A stretch of 40,606 bases of DNA from Christiangramia sp. (GCA_041611635.1 JBFIMP010000001.1:1-40606), one strand, 5' to 3'. Counted from the first letter of the stretch, positions 16,267-25,805 are shown. The notes: generated by a model not told the origin, from the sequence alone. Numbers and translations: made by a program.

Positions 16267-17241
16267 ATGCTAGAAAATAAAATTTTTGACATTTCAACGC
16301 GATCTGAATTTGAAACTCTGAGCCTGGAAGTTTTCAAATATCAGTTTGAAAACAATAGTATTTACCGGAACTTCTGCAAATTGCTTAACCGGGACACCAC
16401 TACTGTAAAAGCCATTAAAGACATCCCTTTTTTACCCATCGAATTTTTTAAAAGCAAAAAATTGGTTAGCGGCAATGCTGCGCCACAAATCACTTTTACC
16501 AGCAGCGGCACTACCGGCTCGGTTACCAGTAAACATTATGTTAGTGATCTCGGGTTATATGAAAAAAGCTTTCTGAATGCCTTTCGAAGATTCTATGGGA
16601 ACCCGGAAGATTACACTTTCCTGGCATTATTGCCTTCTTATTTAGAAAGAACGGGCTCTTCCCTAATTTACATGGTAAATGCCCTCATAAATCATTCAAA
16701 AGACAAGGAAAGCGATTTTTACCTCAATAACCTGGAGGAATTATCTGGCAAATTGAGACAACTGGATAAAAGCGGCAGAAAGGTTTTCCTGATAGGTGTT
16801 TCCTTTGCCTTACTGGATCTTATTGAAAAGGATCAATTCAACTTAAAAAATACTGTAGTAATGGAAACCGGTGGCATGAAGGGCCGCCGCAAAGAAATGA
16901 TAAGAGAAGAATTGCACAAGGTATTAAAAGATGGATTTGGAGTAGATACGATACATAGCGAATATGGTATGACCGAGCTGCTTTCACAGGCTTATTCCAC
17001 CGGTAAAGGAGTTTTTGAGTGTCCTCCATGGATGGATATTCTTATTCGTGATCCAGAAGACGCCTTAACTTATCTAGAAAATGGAAAGACAGGTGGCATC
17101 AATGTAATAGATCTCGCCAATATAAATTCCTGCTCCTTTATTGCCACCCAGGACCTTGGACGCAAAAAAAATGAAAATATTGAAATTCTCGGAAGGTTTG
17201 ATAACAGTGATGTTCGAGGATGCAACCTCTTATTACTTTAA
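16267..17241 (+). CDS. LuxE-like acyl-protein synthetase / acyl transferase
   Basis: PFLPIEFFK, adenylation P-loop FTSSGTTG, METGGMKG, EYGMTEL, TQDLG, C-terminal RGC. Confidence 0.8.
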   Translation: MLENKIFDISTRSEFETLSLEVFKYQFENNSIYRNFCKLLNRDTTTVKAIKDIPFLPIEFFKSKKLVSGNAAPQITFTSSGTTGSVTSKHYVSDLGLYEKSFLNAFRRFYGNPEDYTFLALLPSYLERTGSSLIYMVNALINHSKDKESDFYLNNLEELSGKLRQLDKSGRKVFLIGVSFALLDLIEKDQFNLKNTVVMETGGMKGRRKEMIREELHKVLKDGFGVDTIHSEYGMTELLSQAYSTGKGVFECPPWMDILIRDPEDALTYLENGKTGGINVIDLANINSCSFIATQDLGRKKNENIEILGRFDNSDVRGCNLLLL

Positions 17242-17289
17242 TTTTTTTCAACCTTAATGTAAAGTAAATGAAAGTTTTACGACCCATCT

Positions 17290-17410
17290 AGTGCAGAGTG
17301 CAAAAATACATCCCAAGTGTTTTCATTCTGTGGCTAAGTGAAAATTTTTCATATTAGATTGGTTAGTTAGTTGCAAAGCCTTCAGGATTTCTCCTGAAGG
17401 CTTTTGTATT
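17290..17410 (+). ncRNA. Candidate structured small RNA (or long structured 3-prime UTR of the LuxE-like gene)
   Basis: Hairpin 1 at 17293-17331 with AUCCCAA loop; hairpin 2 at 17334-17357; single-stranded AUUGGUUAGUUAGUUG; 13-bp terminator. G-U pairs favour the + strand. No family recognised. Confidence 0.5.
17375..17410 (+). terminator. Intrinsic terminator, possibly bidirectional
   Basis: AAAGCCTTCAGGA-tttc-TCCTGAAGGCTTT followed by TGTATTTT. Confidence 0.85.
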
Positions 17411-17441
17411 TTAACCAATTTCAATCCAAGGTAATGATTCT

Positions 17442-17531
17442 TTAACCAATCAAAGCGATCCAGATAATAAGGCAAATCGCCAGGGCAATGATAATATAGC
17501 TTACAATATTCTCTACTTTAGTGTTACTCAT
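17442..17531 (-). CDS. Candidate 29-aa single-pass membrane microprotein
   Basis: Hand translation MSNTKVENIVSYIIIALAICLIIWIALIG*: polar N-terminus plus an uninterrupted hydrophobic stretch of about 21 aa. Confidence 0.45.
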   Translation of the reverse strand: MSNTKVENIVSYIIIALAICLIIWIALIG

Positions 17532-17605
17532 ACCGAAACCTGCTATAATGATTTACGATAAAACTTTCAACATGGTTTTAACGCCATATCATATATGAGT
17601 GGCTT

Positions 17606-18901
17606 TTAGTTCGCCCTTATAATGTAAGTATTCTTTTTCCCTTTGTTCAGGATCACATATTTACCATTAATAAGATCTGCTGTAGAAATAGTATAATTCT
17701 CCTTTACTTTTTCTTTATTCACCGAAACTGAATTTTCCTTTAAGGCCCTTCTGGCCTCTCCATTGGAAGCTAAAAACCCGGTTTTGGCTGAAAGCGCACC
17801 TATCATATCAAGTCCGGCTTCTATTTCGCTTAAGGCAACCTCGGCTTGCGGAACTCCTTCGAAAACATCCAGAAAAGTTGCTTCGTTCAATTTCCTAAAA
17901 TCATCAGCGGTGCTTTTACCAAATAGAACTTCAGATGCAGCCAAAGCATTTTCATATTCTTCTTCAGAGTGTACCATGCTGGTCACTTCCTTTCCAAGAA
18001 CTTTTTGCAGTTCTCTCTGGTGAGGCGCTTCCCTATGTTTTTCAATAAGTGAATCTATTTCATCTTTACTAAGCAAGGTGAAGATCTTTATATATTTCTC
18101 AGCGTCCTCATCACTTGTGTTTAACCAGTACTGGTAAAATTTATAAGGTGAAGTCCTGTTTGCATCCAACCAAACGTTACCACCTTCGGTCTTTCCAAAC
18201 TTGGTCCCATCTGCCTTGGTGATCAAAGGACAGGTAAGCGCATATCCTTTCCCGTCACCAATTCTTCTAATCAGCTCGGTTCCCGTGGTGATATTTCCCC
18301 ACTGGTCGCTTCCTCCCATTTGCAGGGTACAGTCATATTCTCTGAATAAGTGAAGAAAATCATACCCCTGAACCAGTTGGTATGTAAACTCGGTAAAAGA
18401 CATACCTTCAGATGAATCTGAAGACAAACGTTTCTTTACAGAGTCTTTTGCCATCATATAGTTCACGGTAATATGTTTCCCTACATCCCTAATGAATTCG
18501 AGAAAAGAGAAGTCTTTCATCCAGTCATAATTATTCACCAGGACCGCTGCATTATCATTACTAGAATCAAAATCAAGAAATCTGGATAACTGTTCTTTAA
18601 GCGCATTCTGGTTATGTCTTAAGGTCTCTTCATCCAGTAAATTTCTCTCTGCAGATTTTCCGGAAGGATCCCCGATCATACCCGTTGCTCCTCCAACCAG
18701 GGCATAGGGTTTATGGCCGCATAACTGGAAATGTCTCAACATCATCACTCCAACCAAATGACCAATATGTAATGAATCTGCTGTTGGATCTATCCCAACA
18801 TAGGCAGAACGCATAGCTTCCATTAAGTGTTCTTCGGTTCCCGGCATGGCATCATGCAACATTCCTCTCCAGGTAATCTCTTCAACGAAATTCTTTTCCA
18901 T
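17606..18901 (-). CDS. tyrS: Tyrosine--tRNA ligase
   Basis: [28 protein letters not shown]-terminal S4 domain. Start moved to ATG 18901; -7-like TATCTTTA at 18937-18930. Confidence 0.97.
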   Translation of the reverse strand: MEKNFVEEITWRGMLHDAMPGTEEHLMEAMRSAYVGIDPTADSLHIGHLVGVMMLRHFQLCGHKPYALVGGATGMIGDPSGKSAERNLLDEETLRHNQNALKEQLSRFLDFDSSNDNAAVLVNNYDWMKDFSFLEFIRDVGKHITVNYMMAKDSVKKRLSSDSSEGMSFTEFTYQLVQGYDFLHLFREYDCTLQMGGSDQWGNITTGTELIRRIGDGKGYALTCPLITKADGTKFGKTEGGNVWLDANRTSPYKFYQYWLNTSDEDAEKYIKIFTLLSKDEIDSLIEKHREAPHQRELQKVLGKEVTSMVHSEEEYENALAASEVLFGKSTADDFRKLNEATFLDVFEGVPQAEVALSEIEAGLDMIGALSAKTGFLASNGEARRALKENSVSVNKEKVKENYTISTADLINGKYVILNKGKKNTYIIRAN

Positions 18902-18982
18902 ATTTAAAAATTCAGATAAAAAATAGCCGTAAAGATACCATTTACTCTTATTTTTCCTAAGTGCTTTAGCTATATTTACCAC

Positions 18983-19993
18983 ATGATTCTGGTAACCGGA
19001 GGAACAGGTTTAGTTGGCGCCCATCTATTATATGAACTGGCGCAGAAACACGAAAGGCTTAGGGCGGCTATAAGACCTTCAAGTGATATTACTCACGTAA
19101 GAAAGGAATTTGGCTATTACTCTCATGATAAAGAAGCCGATATTCTTTTTGAAAAAATTGAATGGGTTCAGGCAGATATTAATAACATACCTGCTTTGGA
19201 AGAAACATTTCAAGGAGTAGAATATGTGTATCACTGTGCAGCTCTTATTTCCTTTGATCCATCAGATGAAAAGAAACTTCGCAAGATTAATATAGAAGGT
19301 ACCGCCAATATTGTGAATCTCTGTATTTCCAATAGGATCAAAAAACTTTGTTATGTAAGCAGTGTTGCTGCCATAGGAAATGAAGTGAATGCAACAAAAG
19401 TCACTGAAACCGCAAAATGGAATCCTGAAGGTGACCACAACGACTATGCGATTTCTAAGTACGGTGCAGAGATCGAGGTCTGGCGGGGAACCCAGGAAGG
19501 ATTAGATGCTGTAATCGTAAATCCGGGAATCATCTTAGGACCAGGATTCTGGGAGTCTGGCAGTGGGAAGATATTTAAAAAAATAGATAAGGGCTTAAAG
19601 TATCATTTCCCTAAAGTAAGCGGATTTGTTGGAGTTTTTGATGTTGTTAAAAGTATGATGCAGCTCATGAATTCTTCTATTAAGAATGAGAACTATATCC
19701 TGGTTTCAGAAAATCTAAGCTTCGAAAAGGTACTGAAAATTACCGCTGAATACCTTAATAAGCCAGCGCCGAGTAAACGTTTAAAGAAATGGATGATCGC
19801 TCTAGGATGGATATTTCAAAAGATCGGTAGTTGGTTTGGAGCTAAAAGAGAAATTACCCGGGAATCTATAGAGGGTCTGTATAAAGAAACCTTCTATAAT
19901 AACATAAAGATCAAAAACGACCTGGATTTCCAATTTACGCCCATACATGAAGTATTAAAGGAAACGGCAGAGCTCTATCTTAAAGAAAACTAG
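18983..19993 (+). CDS. NAD-dependent epimerase/dehydratase (extended SDR)
   Basis: [12 protein letters not shown] and YAISK (YxxxK). Confidence 0.85.
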   Translation: MILVTGGTGLVGAHLLYELAQKHERLRAAIRPSSDITHVRKEFGYYSHDKEADILFEKIEWVQADINNIPALEETFQGVEYVYHCAALISFDPSDEKKLRKINIEGTANIVNLCISNRIKKLCYVSSVAAIGNEVNATKVTETAKWNPEGDHNDYAISKYGAEIEVWRGTQEGLDAVIVNPGIILGPGFWESGSGKIFKKIDKGLKYHFPKVSGFVGVFDVVKSMMQLMNSSIKNENYILVSENLSFEKVLKITAEYLNKPAPSKRLKKWMIALGWIFQKIGSWFGAKREITRESIEGLYKETFYNNIKIKNDLDFQFTPIHEVLKETAELYLKEN

Positions 19994-20541
19994 TTCTCCC
20001 TATCAGCCTTACTATCGAACTTAACTGGAGGTGCGATTAAACTATCGATATCCTCCTCTTTTACCCTATTCCTTTTTTGGGATTTAAGAGCACCGGTTTT
20101 TAAGGAATCTACCGCTAAAGAATCAAGAGCTTTTAAGGAATCCTTTTTGGCTAACTTGATACTATCCTCTATACGTACCTCTATTTCCCGTAGGGAGTCT
20201 AGACTTGTTTTCAGGATCTGCAGCCTGATCTTTACACTATCGTATATACGCTCATACTGATCATATTTTTCAGTATAATAATCATTGCTGCGATCAAACT
20301 GAAGGCTATCTATATCAAATTTCTCATAGATATATTCTTCAGGCTCTATCCCGGTAGCTTCCAGCTTTTGTTTACTGTAATTTCGGGCAGCATTCACCAA
20401 TGATAATTCGGTTAAGACATCTATCATCTTATCCTCAGGTATAAGATCATCGGGTTTTTCTGTTTTCTTGAGATCCTGGCAGGATGCTAAAACTAAGAAC
20501 AGAAAAAGAAAAAGAACGCTATATCTGAAATTATCTGTCAA
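19990..20541 (-). CDS. DUF4296-family lipoprotein
   Basis: Lipobox LAS-C; PDDLIPEDKM, DSLQF..S..YY; many DSL repeats. Confidence 0.75.
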   Translation of the reverse strand: MTDNFRYSVLFLFLFLVLASCQDLKKTEKPDDLIPEDKMIDVLTELSLVNAARNYSKQKLEATGIEPEEYIYEKFDIDSLQFDRSNDYYTEKYDQYERIYDSVKIRLQILKTSLDSLREIEVRIEDSIKLAKKDSLKALDSLAVDSLKTGALKSQKRNRVKEEDIDSLIAPPVKFDSKADREN

Positions 20542-21874
20542 AGCTTAATCTTTCAGCATTTTTGGCAAATGGAGTATGTTTAAAATTCTTATATACGAGT
20601 TTACCATTCACAAAAGTATGTGTGATCCTGGATTTAAAGGTAGTACCTTCAAATGGAGACCATTGACATTTGGAATAGATATTATCTGGCTGGACGGCCC
20701 ATGGCGAATTAAGATCTACTAGCACAAGATCGGCCTTATAGCCCTCTCTTATAAAGCCTCTTTTTTCGATATCGAACAAGATAGCCGGATTATGACAGGC
20801 TTTCTCAACGATCTTTTCCAGGGTTATTTTACCCTGGTGATGCATTTGAAGCAGGGCCGGCAATGCATGTTGTACCAAAGGACCTCCACTTGGAGCCTTG
20901 GTATACACATTTTTCTTTTCTTCCTTGGTATGTGGTGCGTGATCTGTGGCCAGAACATCAAGACGGTTGTCGTTTAAGGCCTCTAACAAAGCTTCCTGGT
21001 CTTCTTTAGTCTTTACGGCCGGGTTCCATTTTATATAAGTTCCTTTTTTAGCATAATCTGAATCATTAAACCAAAGGTGATGTATACAAACCTCTGCCGT
21101 GATCTTCTTATCTTTAAGTGGCTTTTTATTGGTAAAAAGACTTAGTTCTTTTGCTGTGGAAACATGAAAAACATGGAGTCTGGCCCCGGTCTTCTTGGCT
21201 AAAGCCACGGCTTTGGAAGAAGATTTATAGCATGCCTCCTCACTCCTAATCTTAGGATGCAACTCGATAGGAATATCATCTCCATATCTTTTCACGCATT
21301 CTTCAAGATTCTTTTTAATGGTATCTTCGTCTTCACAGTGCACAGCTATCAAAACAGGAGATTTCTTAAAGATCTGCTCCAGTACTTTTTCATTATCTAC
21401 CAGCATATTCCCGGTAGAAGAACCTAAAAACAACTTTAAAGCAGCAACCTGCTTAGGATCTATCTTTTCGATCTCACTAAGGTTATCATTTGTCCCGCCA
21501 AACATGAAAGAATAGTTGGCATACGAAGTTTCAGAAGCTATTCTGAATTTTTCCTCAAGTTCCTTCATATTGGTAGTTTGAGGAAGCGTATTTGGCATCT
21601 CTATAAACGAGGTGATCCCCCCGGCTACGGCAGCCCTGGAACCTGTTTCAATAGATTCCTTATGAGTAAGGCCGGGCTCTCTAAAATGAACCTGGTCATC
21701 TATAAGCCCTGGCAATAAGTAAGTGCCTTCAGCGTCAAAAATATTTACGTCGGGGGATTTAGCGCTGATACTTTCAGCAATTTCTGCAATTATACCATCC
21801 TCAACGAATACATCCCCATCTGTAATCTTTCCTTCGTTAACTATCTTCGCGTTCTTGATTAATACCTTTTTCAT
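20531..21874 (-). CDS. pyrC: Dihydroorotase
   Basis: DDQVHFREPG, EMPNT, HCED, KWNP and TDHAPH amidohydrolase motifs. Confidence 0.88.
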   Translation of the reverse strand: MKKVLIKNAKIVNEGKITDGDVFVEDGIIAEIAESISAKSPDVNIFDAEGTYLLPGLIDDQVHFREPGLTHKESIETGSRAAVAGGITSFIEMPNTLPQTTNMKELEEKFRIASETSYANYSFMFGGTNDNLSEIEKIDPKQVAALKLFLGSSTGNMLVDNEKVLEQIFKKSPVLIAVHCEDEDTIKKNLEECVKRYGDDIPIELHPKIRSEEACYKSSSKAVALAKKTGARLHVFHVSTAKELSLFTNKKPLKDKKITAEVCIHHLWFNDSDYAKKGTYIKWNPAVKTKEDQEALLEALNDNRLDVLATDHAPHTKEEKKNVYTKAPSGGPLVQHALPALLQMHHQGKITLEKIVEKACHNPAILFDIEKRGFIREGYKADLVLVDLNSPWAVQPDNIYSKCQWSPFEGTTFKSRITHTFVNGKLVYKNFKHTPFAKNAERLSFDR

Positions 21875-22605
21875 TATACCTTTTTCCTGTTAAACAGACT
21901 TTTAAGCTTCATTTTTATTACCCCAAACACGGCTTCAGAAATTATGGAGCCGCTCATTTTAGAAGTTCCCCGGGTTCTATCTGTAAATATTACCGGTACT
22001 TCAACTATATTATATTTTAAAAGATGAGCTTTAAACTTCATCTCTATCTGGAAAGCATAACCTATAAACTGAATTCTATCCAGATCTATTGCCTCCAGCA
22101 CTTTTCTTTTATAACACACAAACCCTGCGGTTGTATCCTGAATGTCCATACCAGTAATAAATCTAACATACCTTGATGCCAGCCAGGACATTAACACCCG
22201 GTTCATGGGCCAGTTGATCACATTCACCCCTGTAATATACCTGGAACCGATAGCTACATCTGCCCCATCTCTTTTACAGGTATTGTATAACCTTACCAGG
22301 TCATTGGGATTATGAGAAAAATCGGCGTCCATTTCAAAAACATAATCATATTCTCTCTCTAAAGCCCATTTAAAACCGTGAATATAGGCAGTCCCAAGAC
22401 CTTGCTTACCCAATCTTTCTTCTAGGAACAATCTCTCTGGGAATTCTGCCTGCAGGGTTCTAACCCTGGTAGCGGTACCATCGGGAGAATTATCATCTAC
22501 GACCAGAATATGAAATTTACGTCTCTGCGAGAACACATTTCTAATAATGCGTTCTATATTCTCTATTTCATTAAAGGTGGGTATAATAATTATCCCATTT
22601 CCCAT
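21874..22605 (-). CDS. Polyprenol monophosphomannose synthase (Dpm1-like GT2)
   Basis: IIPTFNE, VDDNSPDGT, GLGTAY, MDADFSH, GSRY, GYAFQIE. ATG 22605 preferred over TTG 22611. Confidence 0.88.
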   Translation of the reverse strand: MGNGIIIIPTFNEIENIERIIRNVFSQRRKFHILVVDDNSPDGTATRVRTLQAEFPERLFLEERLGKQGLGTAYIHGFKWALEREYDYVFEMDADFSHNPNDLVRLYNTCKRDGADVAIGSRYITGVNVINWPMNRVLMSWLASRYVRFITGMDIQDTTAGFVCYKRKVLEAIDLDRIQFIGYAFQIEMKFKAHLLKYNIVEVPVIFTDRTRGTSKMSGSIISEAVFGVIKMKLKSLFNRKKV

Positions 22606-22706
22606 TCCCAAATATTTTGCACAAATGTATGCAAATTAAAATTTCAAATCTTTATGTTCAGCTACCCGAATAAGAGCCAAAATTTTACATTTGTAAAAAT
22701 TTTTTT

Positions 22707-23360
22707 ATGCAGGCAACCGAGAGGATTTATGAATATCAAGACTGGATCACCATTCTTTTTCTATCCTGTTTTGTTCTTCTGGTAGTGGCAAAAATTCTGT
22801 TTCCTCAACGTTTTGAGGAATTTACCTCACTACTAAACTCGGGCAAATTTATAGCCTTTAAAGGAAAGGAGAATAAAGCTTTTCATGGTTTTAACATTTT
22901 ATTGCTTAGCCTGCAGGCAGTTTCGGTTTCTCTATTTCTATTTATTATATACCGTTACTTTCAAGAGGAACAAATTGCAGACCTGGTGATCTTTATAAGG
23001 ATCTTTACCGCCTACTTCTGCTTTGTTCTTATTAAGGCAGGAATTGAAAAAATCATTGGAAATATTTTCGAAATTGACGAGAAGATCGACTATTATATTT
23101 TTCAGAAATTTAGTTATCGAAATTTTATATCTATATTTCTTTTATTCGCATCTTTGTTTTTAATTTACACATTCTACCCTACAGCTCTTATAATAGGTAT
23201 CATAGGCGGTTCTGCAATTATTGCGAACGTTATTGGGCTTATTATCATTTACAGGAGAAATCAAAGTGCAATTGGCGCCAATTGGTTTTATTTTATTTTG
23301 TACCTTTGCACACTTGAAATCGCCCCTTATATAATTTTGTATAAGCTAATTACAAACTAA
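22707..23360 (+). CDS. DUF4271-family membrane protein
   Basis: Multi-TM protein with C-terminal FYFILYLCTLEIAP. Confidence 0.75.
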   Translation: MQATERIYEYQDWITILFLSCFVLLVVAKILFPQRFEEFTSLLNSGKFIAFKGKENKAFHGFNILLLSLQAVSVSLFLFIIYRYFQEEQIADLVIFIRIFTAYFCFVLIKAGIEKIIGNIFEIDEKIDYYIFQKFSYRNFISIFLLFASLFLIYTFYPTALIIGIIGGSAIIANVIGLIIIYRRNQSAIGANWFYFILYLCTLEIAPYIILYKLITN

Positions 23361-23384
23361 AGAGGACCTAATAAAGTTTAATAT

Positions 23385-24131
23385 ATGAAAGTGAAAACAA
23401 TTTTGGTTTCTCAGCCAGAACCTAAGGTCGAAAATTCACCTTATTTTGAGCTGGAGGAAAAACAAAAAGTTAAAATTGATTTCATCCCTTTTATACATGT
23501 AGAAGGAGTTCCATCTAAAGAAGTAAGACAACAAAAAGTTGATCTTGCAAATCACACAGCGATCATACTTACAAGTAGAAATGCTGTGGATCATTTCTTT
23601 AGAATTGCCGAGGAAATGAGATATAAGGTACCAGATACTTTAAAATATTTTTGTTTAAGTGAGGCCGTAGCCTATTATCTGCAAAAATATGTGGTGTACC
23701 GTAAAAGGAAAATCTATGTTGGTAAGAGAACTTTCGCTGAACTTGCACCTCTTATCAAGAAATATAAGAACGAAAAATTCCTTTTGCCTTCTTCAGACAT
23801 GCTGAAGCCAGATGTGCCTCGTACCCTAAACAAGTTAGGAGTGGAATGGAAAAAAGCGGTTTTTTACAGGACTGTGGTTAGCGATCTTTCTCACCTGAAA
23901 GATGTAACTTATGACATCCTGGTATTTTTTAGTCCTAGCGGAATAAAATCTCTTTTTGAGAACTTCCCAGATTTTAAACAGAACGACACCCGTATAGCCG
24001 TTTTTGGTAACACGACCATCAAAGCTGCAAAAGAGCATGGACTTACCGTTAATATCAAAGCTCCTACTCCAGAAACTCCAAGTATGACCATGGCGATCAA
24101 TAAATACATCTGTGAGGTTAATAAGAAATAA
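23385..24131 (+). CDS. hemD: Uroporphyrinogen-III synthase-like (HemD) protein
   Basis: ILVSQP, LTSRNAV, YRT and FFSPSG motifs. Confidence 0.75.
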   Translation: MKVKTILVSQPEPKVENSPYFELEEKQKVKIDFIPFIHVEGVPSKEVRQQKVDLANHTAIILTSRNAVDHFFRIAEEMRYKVPDTLKYFCLSEAVAYYLQKYVVYRKRKIYVGKRTFAELAPLIKKYKNEKFLLPSSDMLKPDVPRTLNKLGVEWKKAVFYRTVVSDLSHLKDVTYDILVFFSPSGIKSLFENFPDFKQNDTRIAVFGNTTIKAAKEHGLTVNIKAPTPETPSMTMAINKYICEVNKK

Positions 24132-24154
24132 TTTTTTCACTTCATTTATAGAAT

Positions 24155-24186
24155 AAAAAAAATCCGGTCATATGACCGGATTTTTT
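24155..24186. terminator. Bidirectional terminator (perfect 30-bp palindrome)
   Basis: AAAAAATCCGGTCATATGACCGGATTTTTT at 24157-24186, between the convergent hemD and pckA. Confidence 0.9.
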
Positions 24187-24206
24187 CTTTCAACTAACAA
24201 TTAAAA

Positions 24207-25805
24207 CTATTCGACAGGGGCACCATTCATAATTTCCTCATTTGCATATTCCTCAAATTTACTGAAGTTCTTTCTGAAGAAATTAGATAGTTCTTTGGCT
24301 TTGCGATCATAAGCATCTTTATCTGCCCAGGTATTTTTTGGATTTAAAACTTCTGAAGGCACTCCTTCACATGTTTTAGGCATCTGCAGACCAAAAATAT
24401 CGTGAGTATCATATGCTACATTTTCAAGTTTTCCTTCTAATGCCGAGCTAATCATCTCACGAGTGTATTTTAGTTTCATTCTGCTACCAACTCCGTAAGG
24501 TCCACCAGTCCAGCCAGTGTTTACCAGCCAAACGTTTACATTGGCAGCTTTCATTTTCTTACTAAGCATTTCAGCATATTCTGTTGGATGCAGCGGCATA
24601 AAAGGAGCACCAAAACAGGCTGAAAAACTTGGTACAGGCTCATCCACCCCAGCTTCGGTTCCTGCAACTTTTGCCGTATATCCGCTAATAAAGTGATATG
24701 CGGCCTGTCCCGGAGTAAGCTTACTTATTGGAGGCAATACCCCAAAGGCATCGGCCGTAAGGAAAAATATGTTCTTCGGATTTTTTCCTGAAGAAGGCTC
24801 CTGGATATTGTTAATATGCTGAATAGGATAACTTACCCTTGTATTCTGAGTGATGCTGGTATTATCAAAATCTACATCGCCATTTTCATCCAGAACAATA
24901 TTTTCCAGTATCGCTCCAGGTTTGATCGCCCGGTAAATATCCGGTTCATTTTCTTCAGAGAGATTGATCACCTTGGCATAACAGCCTCCTTCAAAATTGA
25001 AAATAGTGTTTTCTTCTGTCCATCCATGCTCATCATCTCCTATTAATTTTCTCTCAGGGTCTGCAGACAGCGTTGTTTTACCCGTACCAGATAATCCAAA
25101 GAAGATAGCTGTATCCCCCTCTTCGCCAACATTCGCGGAACAATGCATGGGAAGGGTATTTTTATATACCGGAAGAATAAAGTTCAAAGCAGAAAAAATT
25201 CCTTTTTTGATCTCTCCGGTATATCCGGTACCGCCTATAAGAGCGATCTTTTTGCTGAAATTAAGAATAGCAAAATTTTCCTGGCGAGTTCCATCAACTT
25301 TAGGATCGGCCTTAAAGCCAGGAGCGTTTATGATCAACCAGTCTTCTTTGAAGTTTTCAAGTTCTTCATCGTTTGCACGAAGAAACATATTAAATGCGAA
25401 AAGGTTAGACCAGGGATATTCGTTCACAACACGAATATTTAAACGATATTTATCATCTGCACAGGCATAGGCATCCCTGGCGTAAATATCTTTACCTCCA
25501 AGGTAAGCCACTACTTTGTCATATAACTTATCGAACTTTTCCGGATCAAAAGGAATATTGATATCTCCCCACCAAACTTTGTCTTTGGTGACCTCATCTT
25601 TCACTATAAATCTGTCTTTTGGAGATCGGCCAGTAAATTCACCAGTGTTCACCGCCAGGGCTCCAAAAGAGCTCTCTACTCCCTGTCCTAGTTTTATTGT
25701 TTCATCGTGAAGTTCCTGTGGAGTTAGCTGGTAATGTACTGTGGCATTTTTGATCCCGTAATCCTCTAACGAAATCGTTTTCGTAATTTGGGTGTTGTCG
25801 ACCAT
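24207..25805 (-). CDS. pckA: Phosphoenolpyruvate carboxykinase (ATP)
   Basis: TGRSPKD, GEIKKG, GLSGTGKTTLS, IGDDEHGW, EGGCYAK. -7 TACTTTTG at 25846-25839. Confidence 0.97.
   Translation of the reverse strand: MVDNTQITKTISLEDYGIKNATVHYQLTPQELHDETIKLGQGVESSFGALAVNTGEFTGRSPKDRFIVKDEVTKDKVWWGDINIPFDPEKFDKLYDKVVAYLGGKDIYARDAYACADDKYRLNIRVVNEYPWSNLFAFNMFLRANDEELENFKEDWLIINAPGFKADPKVDGTRQENFAILNFSKKIALIGGTGYTGEIKKGIFSALNFILPVYKNTLPMHCSANVGEEGDTAIFFGLSGTGKTTLSADPERKLIGDDEHGWTEENTIFNFEGGCYAKVINLSEENEPDIYRAIKPGAILENIVLDENGDVDFDNTSITQNTRVSYPIQHINNIQEPSSGKNPKNIFFLTADAFGVLPPISKLTPGQAAYHFISGYTAKVAGTEAGVDEPVPSFSACFGAPFMPLHPTEYAEMLSKKMKAANVNVWLVNTGWTGGPYGVGSRMKLKYTREMISSALEGKLENVAYDTHDIFGLQMPKTCEGVPSEVLNPKNTWADKDAYDRKAKELSNFFRKNFSKFEEYANEEIMNGAPVE

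Noticed and set aside
16267-17241. Bioluminescence locus
   Set aside because: No luciferase, reductase or transferase genes nearby.
17323-17352. 9-codon - strand ORF MKNFHLATE with an excellent-looking start context
   Set aside because: Too short, featureless and just downstream of a terminator-like hairpin; better explained as the complement of the candidate sRNA seed.
18902-18982. N-terminal extensions in the ORF track for tyrS (also ACAD, FNR, Dpm1-like, Lrp and rpoN)
   Set aside because: They start at TTG/GTG codons and mostly run through promoter elements; the downstream ATG matches the expected family N-terminus.
24157-24186. Perfect 30-bp palindrome as a mobile or recombination element
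   Set aside because: Its position between convergent genes and its A/T tails fully explain it as a bidirectional terminator.
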